Assembly (NCBI GenBank): GCA_050124775.1
Contig: JASFEP010000002.1
Span: forward strand, 1-45,499
DNA: 45,499 nt
Direction of reading: 5' to 3'
From: Candidatus Aminicenantes bacterium
GTDB taxonomy: Bacteria > Acidobacteriota > Aminicenantia > Aminicenantales > Aminicenantaceae
Under the pieces are notes generated by a model. That model was not told the origin of the DNA. It was given only the letters and a program-made list of their open reading frames with translations, and ran no database searches. The position numbers and the translations under genes were made by a program. Below are positions 32,546-41,899 of this stretch, piece by piece. How positions within the stretch are numbered: position 1 is the first letter of the stretch; every line of letters begins with the position of its first letter.

Positions 32546-33904
32546 ATGGAACTCGATCTCACACTGTTGAAGAAGGTTCCTCCACACAGTCTGGAGGCCG
32601 AGAAAACCGTGCTCGGCGGAATTCTCGTAAACAACACAAACCTCAATGTCGTTCTTTCGATTATTTCGCCCGAGGATTTTTACAAAGATTCGAACCGAAA
32701 AATACTGGATAAGATCATTGTTATGGTGGATAAAAGCCAACCCGTGGACCTTCTGACGATCACAGAAGAACTCCAGAGGGCCGGAGAATTGGATGAAGTC
32801 GGGGGAGCGTCCTATGTCTCATCCTTGATGGATGGTGTCCCGAAGAGCTTGAATATCGAATACCATGCGCGGATCATCAAGGAAAAAGCCCTTTTGAGAC
32901 GACTGATCCTGTCATCGGCTAAGATCATATCATCCAGCTACGAGCAGAAAGAGGATGCGGACCTTCTGCTTGACGAAGCGCAGTCCGCAATCATCGAAGT
33001 GGCGGAACAAAGAGTGAAACCGGGCTTTATACCTGTCAGTGCCCTGGCGCCCCCCGCACTGGAAACCATCGACACTCTGCGCCACAGGAACGAAGCGGTA
33101 ACGGGGATCCCTACAGGATTCCGGGACCTGGATGCACTGACCGCCGGTTTCCACAATTCCGAGTTCATCGTCGTTGCCGCCAGGCCATCCATGGGGAAGA
33201 CAGCCCTGTGTTTGAACATTTCCCAACATGTGGGGCTCAAGACGGAGTATTCTGTAGGCTTTTTTTCACTCGAGATGGCGAAGGAACAGGTCGCCATGCG
33301 CCTCCTCTGTTCCGAGGCGCAGATCGACCTTCAGAAGGTAAGGACTGGATTTGTCAATGACAGGGAATTCGAGCGGTTGAAATTAGCTGGAGAAGTACTC
33401 TCGCAGGCAAGGATCTATGTCGACGAGACAGCCGCCCTCACGGTTATGGAGATGAAGGCGAAAACACGGCGGTTGAAGATGGAACAACACCTGGACTTGG
33501 TGTTTATCGATTATATGCAGCTCATGCGAGCGGGTAGTCGTTTCGAAAACAGAGTGCAGGAGATCTCCTACATTTCAAGGTCTCTCAAAGAGCTTGCCAA
33601 AGAACTCCAAATCCCTGTTGTCGGCATCTCGCAGTTGAGCCGCTCTCCCGAAAAAGAGCGCCGCGCAAAACCGAAGCCCCAGCTGTCCGATCTCAGGGAA
33701 TCAGGGGCGATCGAGCAGGACGCCGACTTGGTTATTTTTATATATCGAGATGAGTTTTACCATCCGGATGACGAAACCAACCGGGGCGTTGCGGAGGTCA
33801 ACATCGCCAAACAGAGAAACGGGCCGACCGGAGAATTATCCCTGGCCTTCTTGAACAAGTTCGCCCGTTTCAACGATCAAGAATTTCGCGTTTTTGAAGA
33901 GTGA
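32546..33904 (+). CDS. dnaB: Replicative DNA helicase DnaB
   Basis: PPHSLEAEKTVLGGIL N-terminus. Walker A ARPSMGKT. RESGAIEQDAD motif. 452 aa with no intein. Confidence 0.97.
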   Translation: MELDLTLLKKVPPHSLEAEKTVLGGILVNNTNLNVVLSIISPEDFYKDSNRKILDKIIVMVDKSQPVDLLTITEELQRAGELDEVGGASYVSSLMDGVPKSLNIEYHARIIKEKALLRRLILSSAKIISSSYEQKEDADLLLDEAQSAIIEVAEQRVKPGFIPVSALAPPALETIDTLRHRNEAVTGIPTGFRDLDALTAGFHNSEFIVVAARPSMGKTALCLNISQHVGLKTEYSVGFFSLEMAKEQVAMRLLCSEAQIDLQKVRTGFVNDREFERLKLAGEVLSQARIYVDETAALTVMEMKAKTRRLKMEQHLDLVFIDYMQLMRAGSRFENRVQEISYISRSLKELAKELQIPVVGISQLSRSPEKERRAKPKPQLSDLRESGAIEQDADLVIFIYRDEFYHPDDETNRGVAEVNIAKQRNGPTGELSLAFLNKFARFNDQEFRVFEE

Positions 33905-34689
33905 CCATGCCGGACAAAACAAAAATCCCCCCATATTTTATGTTCTTCGAACAGATGGGGGAAATCGGGATCCTTCTTTCCAGGACGCTCAGGAATTTTT
34001 TTCGAAGACCCTGGGAAGGGAAGATCTTTCTCCAGCAACTGGAAGAAATCGGTGTGCGGTCCCTGCCTGTCGTTTCCCTCACCGCCGCTTTTGGCGGCCT
34101 TGTCTTCGGGCTTCAAACATACATGGGGTTTCACAGATATATAGGCCCAGGTTCGGAAGCCTATGGGGGACCGATCATCTCTCTCGGTCTCACCAAAGAG
34201 TTGATCCCCATCCTGGTGGGACTCATGGTCACGGGGCGTGTGGGGTCCTCCATGGCCGCCGAAATCGGAACCATGAGGATCACCGAACAGGTGGATGCCC
34301 TTTTCACTCTCGGGGCCGATCCCAATCGTTATCTTGTGGTGCCCCGAACATTGGCCAGTATCATCATGCTTCCCTGCTTAACCCTGTACGGGGATGTCAT
34401 CGGTGTTGCAGGTGGCTATCTGTACAACGCCATCATGGGAGTGAACCGCACCCTATACTGGCGGAATACCATGATCTATCTCGAGTTGTGGGATGTCATC
34501 ACCGGCCTCATCAAAGCTGTCGTCTTCGGATTGGTGATCGCCATTATCGGGTGCTGGCAGGGATTAAACGCTGAAGGGGGTGCCGAGGGCGTGGGGAGAG
34601 CCACAACTCGGACCGTTGTTATCGCAAGTATCTGTATTTTGATCCTCAATTTCTTTCTAAGCAGGATGTTACCTGTGTCGCTCGGCTAA
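33901..34689 (+). CDS. mlaE: MlaE-family ABC transporter permease
   Basis: 262 aa polytopic protein. LTKELIPILVGLMVTGRVGSSMAAEIGTMRITEQVDAL is the MlaE signature. GTGA overlap with the dnaB stop. Confidence 0.92.
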   Translation: MTMPDKTKIPPYFMFFEQMGEIGILLSRTLRNFFRRPWEGKIFLQQLEEIGVRSLPVVSLTAAFGGLVFGLQTYMGFHRYIGPGSEAYGGPIISLGLTKELIPILVGLMVTGRVGSSMAAEIGTMRITEQVDALFTLGADPNRYLVVPRTLASIIMLPCLTLYGDVIGVAGGYLYNAIMGVNRTLYWRNTMIYLELWDVITGLIKAVVFGLVIAIIGCWQGLNAEGGAEGVGRATTRTVVIASICILILNFFLSRMLPVSLG

Positions 34690-35435
34690 TGATTCAAATC
34701 GTAGATCTGCACAAGTCTTTCGGGGGGAAAAAGGTCCTCGATGGAGTGAGTCTGGACATTAAAAGGGGGGAAACGGTTGTGGTCATCGGACAAAGCGGTT
34801 CCGGGAAGAGCGTCCTGATCAAACACATGATAGGGATCCTCAAGCCGGATAAAGGGGAAATCTTCATCGATGGCACGGAGATCTGCTGTTTGAGTGAGGA
34901 CGATTTTTATAAGCTTCGAAGGAGATTCGGGATGCTGTTTCAGGGAGCCGCACTCTTCGATTCTCTGACGGTGGGGCAAAACGTTGCCTTCGGCCTCGAA
35001 CGGTACAGGGATTTTACCGATGAGGAAAAAATCAAGGCTGTGAGAAATAGCCTTGCGATGGTCGGGCTCAGAGGGATCGAGGATCTCATGCCTCATGAGT
35101 TGAGCGGAGGGATGAAAAAACGGGTGGGCCTGGCGCGGGCCATTGCCTACGGACCGGAGATCATCCTCTACGATGAACCCTCCACCGGGATCGACCCGAT
35201 AAGAGCCGATGCCATCAATGACCTGATCATCCAGATGAAAAAAGAGATGGGAGTGACTTCGGTGGTAATCACGCACGATATGGTGAGCGCCTATAAGATT
35301 GCAGACAGGATCGCCATGTTGTATGAGGGGAGAATCGTCGAAGAGGGATCCCCGGAGGAGATCAAAAAGACTCTGAATGAAGTCGTGCAGCAGTTCATCC
35401 ATGGCCGAGCCAAAGGGCCCATCAGGGAATGGTGA
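34689..35435 (+). CDS. mlaF: MlaF-family ABC transporter ATPase
   Basis: Walker A GQSGSGKS, signature LSGGMKKR, Walker B ILYDEP. Confidence 0.95.
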   Translation: MIQIVDLHKSFGGKKVLDGVSLDIKRGETVVVIGQSGSGKSVLIKHMIGILKPDKGEIFIDGTEICCLSEDDFYKLRRRFGMLFQGAALFDSLTVGQNVAFGLERYRDFTDEEKIKAVRNSLAMVGLRGIEDLMPHELSGGMKKRVGLARAIAYGPEIILYDEPSTGIDPIRADAINDLIIQMKKEMGVTSVVITHDMVSAYKIADRIAMLYEGRIVEEGSPEEIKKTLNEVVQQFIHGRAKGPIREW

Positions 35436-35509
35436 GGCATGTATGGGCATAGATGCTGTCCACAGAAAATCCTGTGGGCAAATGATACAGAAAAAACGAG
35501 GAAACGACC

Positions 35510-36817
35510 ATGAAACGTGAGATAAAAGTCGGTTTGTTCCTGGGCATAGCCTTGTTCATCATGGCAACTGTTATCTTTATCGTCGGTGATTTCACCCTTT
35601 TGCTCAGAGGGGAGGGATACCCTCTATACGCTGATTTTGAAACGGCCGCAGGATTGGAAAAAAAGACGGTTGTCAAGATGGCGGGAGTCAAGGTCGGCCA
35701 TGTCAAAGACATCCGCTTAAAAGGTGTCCGTGCTGAAGTGCAGTTCGACATCGATAAAGGCGTTGAGATCTACAAAGATTCCACGGCGATGTTGGCGTCT
35801 TTGGGCCTCCTCGGCGAGAAGTACATCGAGATCCTCCCCGGAGAAGGACCGGAGATCTGTGACCCCGGAGACAGCATAAAGAGCTTCACTCCGATGAGTT
35901 TTGACCAGGTGGGGAGCCTGTTGATGTCTGTCGGTGAAGATATCTCGGGAGTGGGCAAAGCACTGAAGGAAATGCTCGGCGGCGAGGAGCCAAAGATGAA
36001 TTTTAAGCAGATCCTTCAAAATCTTGCGGTTTTGACTGAAGATCTCAGGGAGTTGACACAGGAGAACAAAGGCAGTCTGAGTGCCGGGCTCCAATCCTCG
36101 ACCCAAACGATCCAAAAATTCGACAGGCGAGTGGAAGAGATTGCCGATAACTTGAATGAGCTGATCGTCACGATGAAGGATATGTTGGGTGAAAACAGGG
36201 GGAACATCGCTGACAGCACTGAAAAACTCAGAGAATTGATCGAACAGGCAGAGGCTGCTCTCGACCAGCTGAATGAGGCGTTGGGCAAAGTGAACCGGGG
36301 CGAGGGGACTCTCGGCAAACTGATCCAGGACCCCGAGCTCTACAACAGGGCAGAAAAAACTTTGGGCGAGGTCGAGAAAGCGACGCAGAAAGCTTCTGCA
36401 ATACGTGCACAGGGCGGATTACACATCGACTATTATGAAAAAAGCGAACTGTTCAAAGGAACTCTTTCCTTTGCCTTATGGCCGACATCCGATGCTTATC
36501 TGTTGGGCCAGATCGTTCGGGATCCCTGGGAAGAAAGGTTCACATACTCTCTTCTCGGAGGGATCAGGCTGGGCTCTTTTTCTCCCCGGGCGGGGATTCT
36601 GGAATCTGAGATCGGCTTAGGCCTGGATTTGTATGCTTGGCAGGATCGATTGAGATTCAGTCTCGAATCCTACGCCTTTAACAGGGACCCGCAGCCGCGT
36701 TTTCGGTTTTCAACCAGTTTTTATGCCACCAAATTTTTCTACATACTTTTCGGTCTGGACGATTTTTCCGTTTCTGACAATAGAGAGCTTTTTTTTGGGT
36801 TGGGTGTTGGCCTCTGA
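35510..36817 (+). CDS. mlaD: Long-form MlaD (MCE-domain) protein: TM anchor, MCE domain, extended helical region, beta-rich C-terminal domain
   Basis: 435 aa. Anchor KVGLFLGIALFIMATVIFIV. MCE core VKMAGVKVGHVKDI. Residues of about 150-300 are heptad-like and E/L/K-rich. The region from about residue 305 (36422-36814) has alternating aromatic/hydrophobic strands. Confidence 0.85.
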   Translation: MKREIKVGLFLGIALFIMATVIFIVGDFTLLLRGEGYPLYADFETAAGLEKKTVVKMAGVKVGHVKDIRLKGVRAEVQFDIDKGVEIYKDSTAMLASLGLLGEKYIEILPGEGPEICDPGDSIKSFTPMSFDQVGSLLMSVGEDISGVGKALKEMLGGEEPKMNFKQILQNLAVLTEDLRELTQENKGSLSAGLQSSTQTIQKFDRRVEEIADNLNELIVTMKDMLGENRGNIADSTEKLRELIEQAEAALDQLNEALGKVNRGEGTLGKLIQDPELYNRAEKTLGEVEKATQKASAIRAQGGLHIDYYEKSELFKGTLSFALWPTSDAYLLGQIVRDPWEERFTYSLLGGIRLGSFSPRAGILESEIGLGLDLYAWQDRLRFSLESYAFNRDPQPRFRFSTSFYATKFFYILFGLDDFSVSDNRELFFGLGVGL

Positions 36818-38172
36818 TGAAAGCGAAGACAACATTTGTCTGCCAGAACTGCGGGGCTCATTCTCCCAAATGGATGGGACGTTGTCCCAGCTGTGGTGAA
36901 TGGGACACTCTGATCGAGGAGATCGAAGAGGACACCTCTGCAGAATTCGCATTTCCCCCTTCAGAGCCGACCCTCTATGAGGAGGTCCAGCAGGGAGAAA
37001 AAAAGAGAGCCCAAACGGGGATCGCAGAGCTCGACAGAGTTCTCGGAGGGGGTGTGGTTCTGGGATCTCTCGTTTTGATCGGAGGAGAGCCCGGCATCGG
37101 CAAATCCACATTGCTCCTCCAGGTCAGCCGGGATTTTTCTGCTCAAGGCGATAAAGTCCTCTATGTTTCCGGCGAAGAATCTTTGGAGCAGATAAAGCTC
37201 CGTGGAGAGCGATTGGGGATCCAGAAGGGCGCCCTGTATCTCTTGGCAGAGACCAACCTGGAACGGATCATCGCACATGCCGAAAAGCTTTCGCCTCAAA
37301 TCGTTATCCTGGACTCTGTCCAGACGGTTTTTTCCTCTAAGCTGTCTTCAAGTCCGGGAACGATCAGTCAGGTGCGCGAAGTCACCAACCAGGTCTTTCG
37401 GTTCGCCAAATCCAATATGGTCTCTGCGTTTCTCATCGGACACATCACAAAGGAAGGTTCTCTGGCCGGCCCCAAGTCGTTGGAGCACATGGTCGACTGT
37501 GTGCTCTATTTTGAAGGAGAGCGGGATCACAGCCACCGTGTGGTGCGGGCGCTCAAGAACCGTTTCGGCCCGGTATCGGAACTGGCCATTTTTGAGATGA
37601 CCGGACGGGGACTTCTTGCCGTGGCCAATCCGTCTGCATTTTTTTTGAAGGAGCGTCCTGCAAACGAGGCCGGCAGCGCCATCGTCTGTACGATCAAGGG
37701 CTCCAGGCCCCTGCTCGCGGAGGTGCAGGCGCTCGTCTCAACGACTCTTTTTGCAGGGAATCCTCGGAGGATGACGATCGGGTGCGATCATTTTCGTGCC
37801 TCGATGCTCATGGCGATCGTTGAGAAAAAACTCGGGTTCAGCTTTGCTGGCGAAGATGTGTACCTGAATGTGGCAGGAGGGCTCACGATTGATGAACCGG
37901 CTACAGACCTGGGCATTCTCGTTGCGGTCGTTTCCAGCTTGAAAAATAAGGCTATCCCCTCGAGGTTGGCTGTCTTCGGAGAGGTGGGATTGAGCGGGGA
38001 GATCCGCTCGGTCGGCCATCCGGTCGCGCGGGTGAAGGAGGCGATCTCTTTGGGCTTCCAGACTGTCCTGCTTCCCGAGGGAAATATCTCCCATCTTGAA
38101 AAAGAAGACATAACCGGTATAAACTTGATAGGCGTTCTTAGCGTTAAGGATGTCATCGATAATATTTTTTAA
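36817..38172 (+). CDS. radA: DNA repair protein RadA/Sms
   Basis: Zinc finger CQNCGAHSPKWMGRCPSCGEW, Walker A GEPGIGKST, KNRFG motif, Lon-like C-terminus. Confidence 0.97.
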   Translation: MKAKTTFVCQNCGAHSPKWMGRCPSCGEWDTLIEEIEEDTSAEFAFPPSEPTLYEEVQQGEKKRAQTGIAELDRVLGGGVVLGSLVLIGGEPGIGKSTLLLQVSRDFSAQGDKVLYVSGEESLEQIKLRGERLGIQKGALYLLAETNLERIIAHAEKLSPQIVILDSVQTVFSSKLSSSPGTISQVREVTNQVFRFAKSNMVSAFLIGHITKEGSLAGPKSLEHMVDCVLYFEGERDHSHRVVRALKNRFGPVSELAIFEMTGRGLLAVANPSAFFLKERPANEAGSAIVCTIKGSRPLLAEVQALVSTTLFAGNPRRMTIGCDHFRASMLMAIVEKKLGFSFAGEDVYLNVAGGLTIDEPATDLGILVAVVSSLKNKAIPSRLAVFGEVGLSGEIRSVGHPVARVKEAISLGFQTVLLPEGNISHLEKEDITGINLIGVLSVKDVIDNIF

Positions 38173-38211
38173 TATTAATATTTATAAATTTAATACGATT
38201 TAGAGGTTAAT

Positions 38212-39204
38212 ATGGGCATTTTTATCCTTCGCATCTTGGTTGTCGCTTCGATAGCGGCAGCCGGATATTTTTTCCCCCCCTTTCACCTGGTGCCGCATTA
38301 CGGAGCACTGACTGGATTTGTGCTGGGTGTTATCATCGTTTATCTCGAGACGAGGATCAGAAAGAGCCAGTTCAAGATCATTTGGGGATCGACCTTGGGA
38401 ACTTTTGCTGGTGTTTTGTTCGGATGGCTTATGGGGTCCATCTACCAAACGATCGCCCCCGACAGCACGACGACGACCTTTATCCGGATCTTTTTTCTTT
38501 TGATCCTGCCCTACATCGGGTTTTTGGTCGGAACACAGCGATTCGAATGGCTCGACCCCGCTCATTTTCTTCGCTTTTTCCGGGAGAAAAGTGTCGGACG
38601 CGTGTATAAGATCCTGGATACCAGTGTGATCATAGACGGGAGGATCGCCGACATCTGCGATACGGCCTTTATCGAGGGCACATTGATCCTTCCTCAATTC
38701 ATCCTGAAAGAGCTACAGCTGATAGCCGATTCCTCTGACGGGATCAAACGGCAGCGAGGCCGGCGGGGGCTTGAGATCCTGGACCATCTCCAGAAATCTT
38801 CTCAGGTCTCTGTCGTGATCTCTGAGGTGGATTTTCCTGAGACCCAGGATGTAGACTCCAAGTTGATCGAGCTGGCAAAGCATCAAGACGCTAAGATCAT
38901 CACCAATGATTTCAACCTGAGCAAGATCGCTAAGCTCCAGGGTGTTCAGATCTTGAACATCAACGAGCTAGCCAATGCCATGAAACCTGTCGTCCTCCCC
39001 GGAGAGTCGATCCGCGTCTTCATCCTCAAGGAGGGGAAAGAAAAAGACCAGGGCGTGGCCTATCTGGATGACGGGACCATGGTCGTCGTGGATAATTCAC
39101 GAAAAATGATCGGGCAAACGGTGAGCATCACGGTCACCTCCGTGCTCCAGACGACTGTTGGTAAAATGATATTCGGGCGATATAACGAAGAGCCACATGA
39201 ATAA
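38212..39204 (+). CDS. Membrane-anchored PIN/TRAM-domain protein (YacL-like)
   Basis: About 4 N-terminal TM helices, a PIN domain (ILDTSVIIDGRI...ITNDFNL) and a C-terminal TRAM-like beta domain. The radA-PIN/TRAM-ispD-ispF order matches the Bacillus radA...yacL-ispD-ispF neighbourhood. Confidence 0.87.
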   Translation: MGIFILRILVVASIAAAGYFFPPFHLVPHYGALTGFVLGVIIVYLETRIRKSQFKIIWGSTLGTFAGVLFGWLMGSIYQTIAPDSTTTTFIRIFFLLILPYIGFLVGTQRFEWLDPAHFLRFFREKSVGRVYKILDTSVIIDGRIADICDTAFIEGTLILPQFILKELQLIADSSDGIKRQRGRRGLEILDHLQKSSQVSVVISEVDFPETQDVDSKLIELAKHQDAKIITNDFNLSKIAKLQGVQILNINELANAMKPVVLPGESIRVFILKEGKEKDQGVAYLDDGTMVVVDNSRKMIGQTVSITVTSVLQTTVGKMIFGRYNEEPHE

Positions 39205-39862
39205 GGTGAGTGCGATCATTGTCGCGGCCGGCGAGGGCCAGCGGTTTGGTGCTCCCAAACAGTACGCTCCACTCAAGGGAAAGCCTGTGTTGGAGTGGTG
39301 CTTGGAATGTTTTGATACCCATGTCCAGGTGGCGGATATCGTTCTCGTTTTGATGAGCGATATTGAGAAAGCAGAGTACATGAGACGGTTCCCCAAAATC
39401 ACTGCCGTGGTTACTGGAGGGAAACATAGGCAGGATTCCGTGGCTGCTGGATTCGGGGAGGTCGATCCTCAAAAATCTGGCTTTGTTCTCATCCATGACG
39501 GTGTCCGTCCTTTGGTCGACCACGCCCTTCTCAGCCGAGTCATTCGAGCGACAAAGGAGAAAGGAGCGGCGGTCCCTGTCATTCCTATCGAGGATACAGT
39601 CAAGGTCATCGAGGGGGATAAGGTCCTTCGGACTGTGGAAAGAGAAGACCTCCGGCGCGCGCAGACCCCTCAAGGGTTTTCCTATCCTATCCTCAAGGCG
39701 GCATTGGAACGGGCACAAAAGGACAACTTCCTGGGGACAGATGAGGCCGCCCTTGTTGAGCGGATCGAAGCCGAGATCGTTGCAGTTACGGGAGACCCCA
39801 GGAATATCAAGATCACCACACCCGAAGACATTCGGACCGCGGAGGGATATCTTGAAGATTAA
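39197..39862 (+). CDS. ispD: 2-C-methyl-D-erythritol 4-phosphate cytidylyltransferase
   Basis: AIIVAAGEGQRFG and VLIHDGVRP motifs. Confidence 0.95.
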   Translation: MNKVSAIIVAAGEGQRFGAPKQYAPLKGKPVLEWCLECFDTHVQVADIVLVLMSDIEKAEYMRRFPKITAVVTGGKHRQDSVAAGFGEVDPQKSGFVLIHDGVRPLVDHALLSRVIRATKEKGAAVPVIPIEDTVKVIEGDKVLRTVEREDLRRAQTPQGFSYPILKAALERAQKDNFLGTDEAALVERIEAEIVAVTGDPRNIKITTPEDIRTAEGYLED

Positions 39863-40331
39863 GTCCGGGCTCGGCTACGATGTCCATCGCCTCGTAGAGG
39901 GAAGAAAGCTTTTTATCGGAGGGATAGAGATCCCCTTCGATAAAGGACTGTTGGGACACTCGGACGGGGATTGTTTGATCCATTCTATCATCGACGCGAT
40001 TTTGGGTGCTTTGGGTGATAGGGATATCGGGAACCGATTCCCCGACACAGAGGAACAGTTCAAGGGTATCCGAAGCACCGAGCTGCTCGAAGAGGTTGTC
40101 CAGAGACTCGATCGGGATAGGATCAAAATCACACACATCGATTCTCTTGTCGTTGCAGAGGAGCCGCGTCTATCCCCGATAATCCCCCAGATGAAGGAAG
40201 TGTTGTGCCCCATCCTGCGGATCGGACTGCAGGACCTGGGAATCAAAGCCAGGACCAATGAAGGTCTCGATGCGGTCGGTCGAGGGGAGGCGATCGCAGC
40301 GTGGGCTACCGTTATTCTCGAGATCCCATAA
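39852..40331 (+). CDS. ispF: 2-C-methyl-D-erythritol 2,4-cyclodiphosphate synthase
   Basis: The IspF sequence (KIKSGLGYDVHRL...GHSDGDCLIHSIIDAILGA) starts at in-frame TTG 39852, 6 nt after GGAGG. The track start at 39483 lies inside ispD in another frame. Confidence 0.92.
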   Translation: MKIKSGLGYDVHRLVEGRKLFIGGIEIPFDKGLLGHSDGDCLIHSIIDAILGALGDRDIGNRFPDTEEQFKGIRSTELLEEVVQRLDRDRIKITHIDSLVVAEEPRLSPIIPQMKEVLCPILRIGLQDLGIKARTNEGLDAVGRGEAIAAWATVILEIP

Positions 40332-40388
40332 TCCGAACCATTCGTTCTCATCATTATACTTAAGATAAGATCAAAAGGAGATGGTTGG

Positions 40389-41018
40389 TTGAAGGAGCCC
40401 GACAGAGATCGCCTTCTCCGTTTGCTCGCAAAAAAACTCAGAGAGGACATACCGGGGTTAGACGCTCAGCTCAAAATGACCCCCCGTCCGAGGCCCGGCC
40501 ATCTCAAATACGATGAAGTCGATTCCTCATGTGCGAGAGCCGGAGTTCTTGTCCTCCTCTATCCGTGCGACGACCATCTGTTTCTCGTCCTCACAAGACG
40601 CTCGGTTCTGGTGCGGTATCATCAGGCCCAGATCTCATTGCCTGGAGGGCGGCAGGAACCAGGGGAAGACCTCGTTCAAACGGCCTTGAGAGAGACCTCT
40701 GAGGAACTGGGAGTCCGGACCGACTCCCTCCGTTTACTGGGGACATTGACCCCCTTGTACATCCCCCCGAGTGACACCTGTATCCATCCGTTCGTTGCCG
40801 CGCTCCCGGAGCGCCCCGAGTTTATACCTGCGCCTGAGGAAGTGGAAGAGGTGATAGAAGTCCCCTTGGAGCATCTCCAGGATCCCGTCAATCGCCACGA
40901 AGAGGTCTGGACAATCCGTGGAATTCCGGTAAGAGTTCCTTTTTATCTATATGAGGGGAATAAGATCTGGGGGGCCACTGCTATGGTTCTAGCTGAGCTT
41001 CTTGAGATTCTCGGATAG
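40389..41018 (+). CDS. Nudix hydrolase (CoA-pyrophosphatase-like)
   Basis: Nudix box LPGGRQEPGEDLVQTALRETSEELG. TTG start 8 nt after AAAGGAG. Confidence 0.83.
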   Translation: MKEPDRDRLLRLLAKKLREDIPGLDAQLKMTPRPRPGHLKYDEVDSSCARAGVLVLLYPCDDHLFLVLTRRSVLVRYHQAQISLPGGRQEPGEDLVQTALRETSEELGVRTDSLRLLGTLTPLYIPPSDTCIHPFVAALPERPEFIPAPEEVEEVIEVPLEHLQDPVNRHEEVWTIRGIPVRVPFYLYEGNKIWGATAMVLAELLEILG

Positions 41019-41341
41019 AATCAAGGGCATTGTGACTTGGGTTTTATTTCGATTTTTATGGTTTGCCTATCAGGATTGTTGTGATGGAATTTAATGATTG
41101 TACCGCCTACATCCATGATTGCTGACATTGAATATATTCCAAGAACACTGTGATGCAGTCAAATAAGGTGGATATGCCATATATTCGCCTTCCTCTGAAC
41201 CACAGCTTTGAGATGAAGCACGAAAATTTGATCGAATTTAAAGAACGATGGGAAGCTAGAAACTATAGAGCAAAAGAAGGAAAAGAAAAAAACTAAAGGC
41301 GGGATTTGAAGCGTCGGCGGGGGTAAAGCGAGGTAAAGGGT

Positions 41342-41423
41342 GGGATTGGCTGGGCCTGCAGGCTATATCTGCCCATTGAGATGGAGAGGTGGACTCTCGC
41401 GACGTAATAGGCCAGCCAATCCC
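41342..41423 (+). repeat. 12-bp perfect inverted repeat enclosing 58 nt, followed by a U-rich tract
   Basis: GGGATTGGCTGG (41342-41353) pairs with CCAGCCAATCCC (41412-41423). The interior contains the palindrome GCCTGCAGGC (41354-41363). TGATTTTGAT follows the 3' arm. Confidence 0.5.
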
Positions 41424-41466
41424 TGATTTTGATGATTGAACTCATCATTCCAATCTTCACAGTTTT

Positions 41467-41655
41467 TTATCCTTTGCTGATGAGGGAATGAATGAGTGGG
41501 GCGTCGGCTTTTGCCAGTACGTTTGAAATGATCTCATAACCGGCGTATTTGCCGACTTTTACGATATCGATGGCGGGAGCTGCGATCATACTGAATGCCG
41601 CAAAGCTCAAGAACACAGCCAACAACAGGATCCCGATTTTTTCTTTGAGTCTCAT
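41467..41655 (-). CDS. Small (62 aa) signal-peptide/TM protein, hypothetical
   Basis: AGGAGG lies 5 nt upstream of ATG 41655. MRLKEKIGILLLAVFLSFAAFSMIAAPA... The longer track ORF to 41811 has no SD support. Confidence 0.45.
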   Translation of the reverse strand: MRLKEKIGILLLAVFLSFAAFSMIAAPAIDIVKVGKYAGYEIISNVLAKADAPLIHSLISKG

Positions 41656-41865
41656 TTTAACCTCCTGTTTCATTTGATCACTCATTGACATAATATATAC
41701 GCAGGAACGACAGGAAAGGTTCCGCATTTTTTTCTTTTTCAAGGCGAGATGCCTTGTGGGAAGATCTCTCCGTTGCGACTGGGGTGAAAACTCCCTGTCT
41801 GTTTGAGTCAATTGGAAGGATAATGGACATCCGATTTTCTGAGAGGAAGAGCGGGTTTATGCCGC

Positions 41866-41894
41866 TTGACTCCACAGAGCTTCGATATTACTAT
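41866..41894 (+). promoter_or_regulatory. Candidate gltX promoter abutting the start codon
   Basis: TTGACT (41866-41871), 17-nt spacer, TACTAT (41889-41894). The GTG/ATG starts are at 41900/41903, with no SD between. Confidence 0.3.
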
Positions 41895-41899
41895 GAGTC

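Noticed and set aside
34686-35450. 254-aa minus-strand ORF, plus 33894-34574 (+, 226 aa) and 9214-9966 (+, 250 aa)
   Set aside because: All three are alternative-frame or antisense shadows of mlaF, mlaE and the Gfo/Idh/MocA gene respectively. They are Arg/Gly/Pro/His-rich nonsense sequences.
39483-39851. N-terminal 123 codons of the 282-aa ORF containing ispF
   Set aside because: This part overlaps ispD out of frame and has no IspF similarity. The IspF sequence starts at TTG 39852, just after a GGAGG. The same reasoning was used to trim the track ORFs for rnfA, dnaA, rpmB, prs, ispE, gmhB, waaF, the TPR gene and the TIM/DUF1080 gene.
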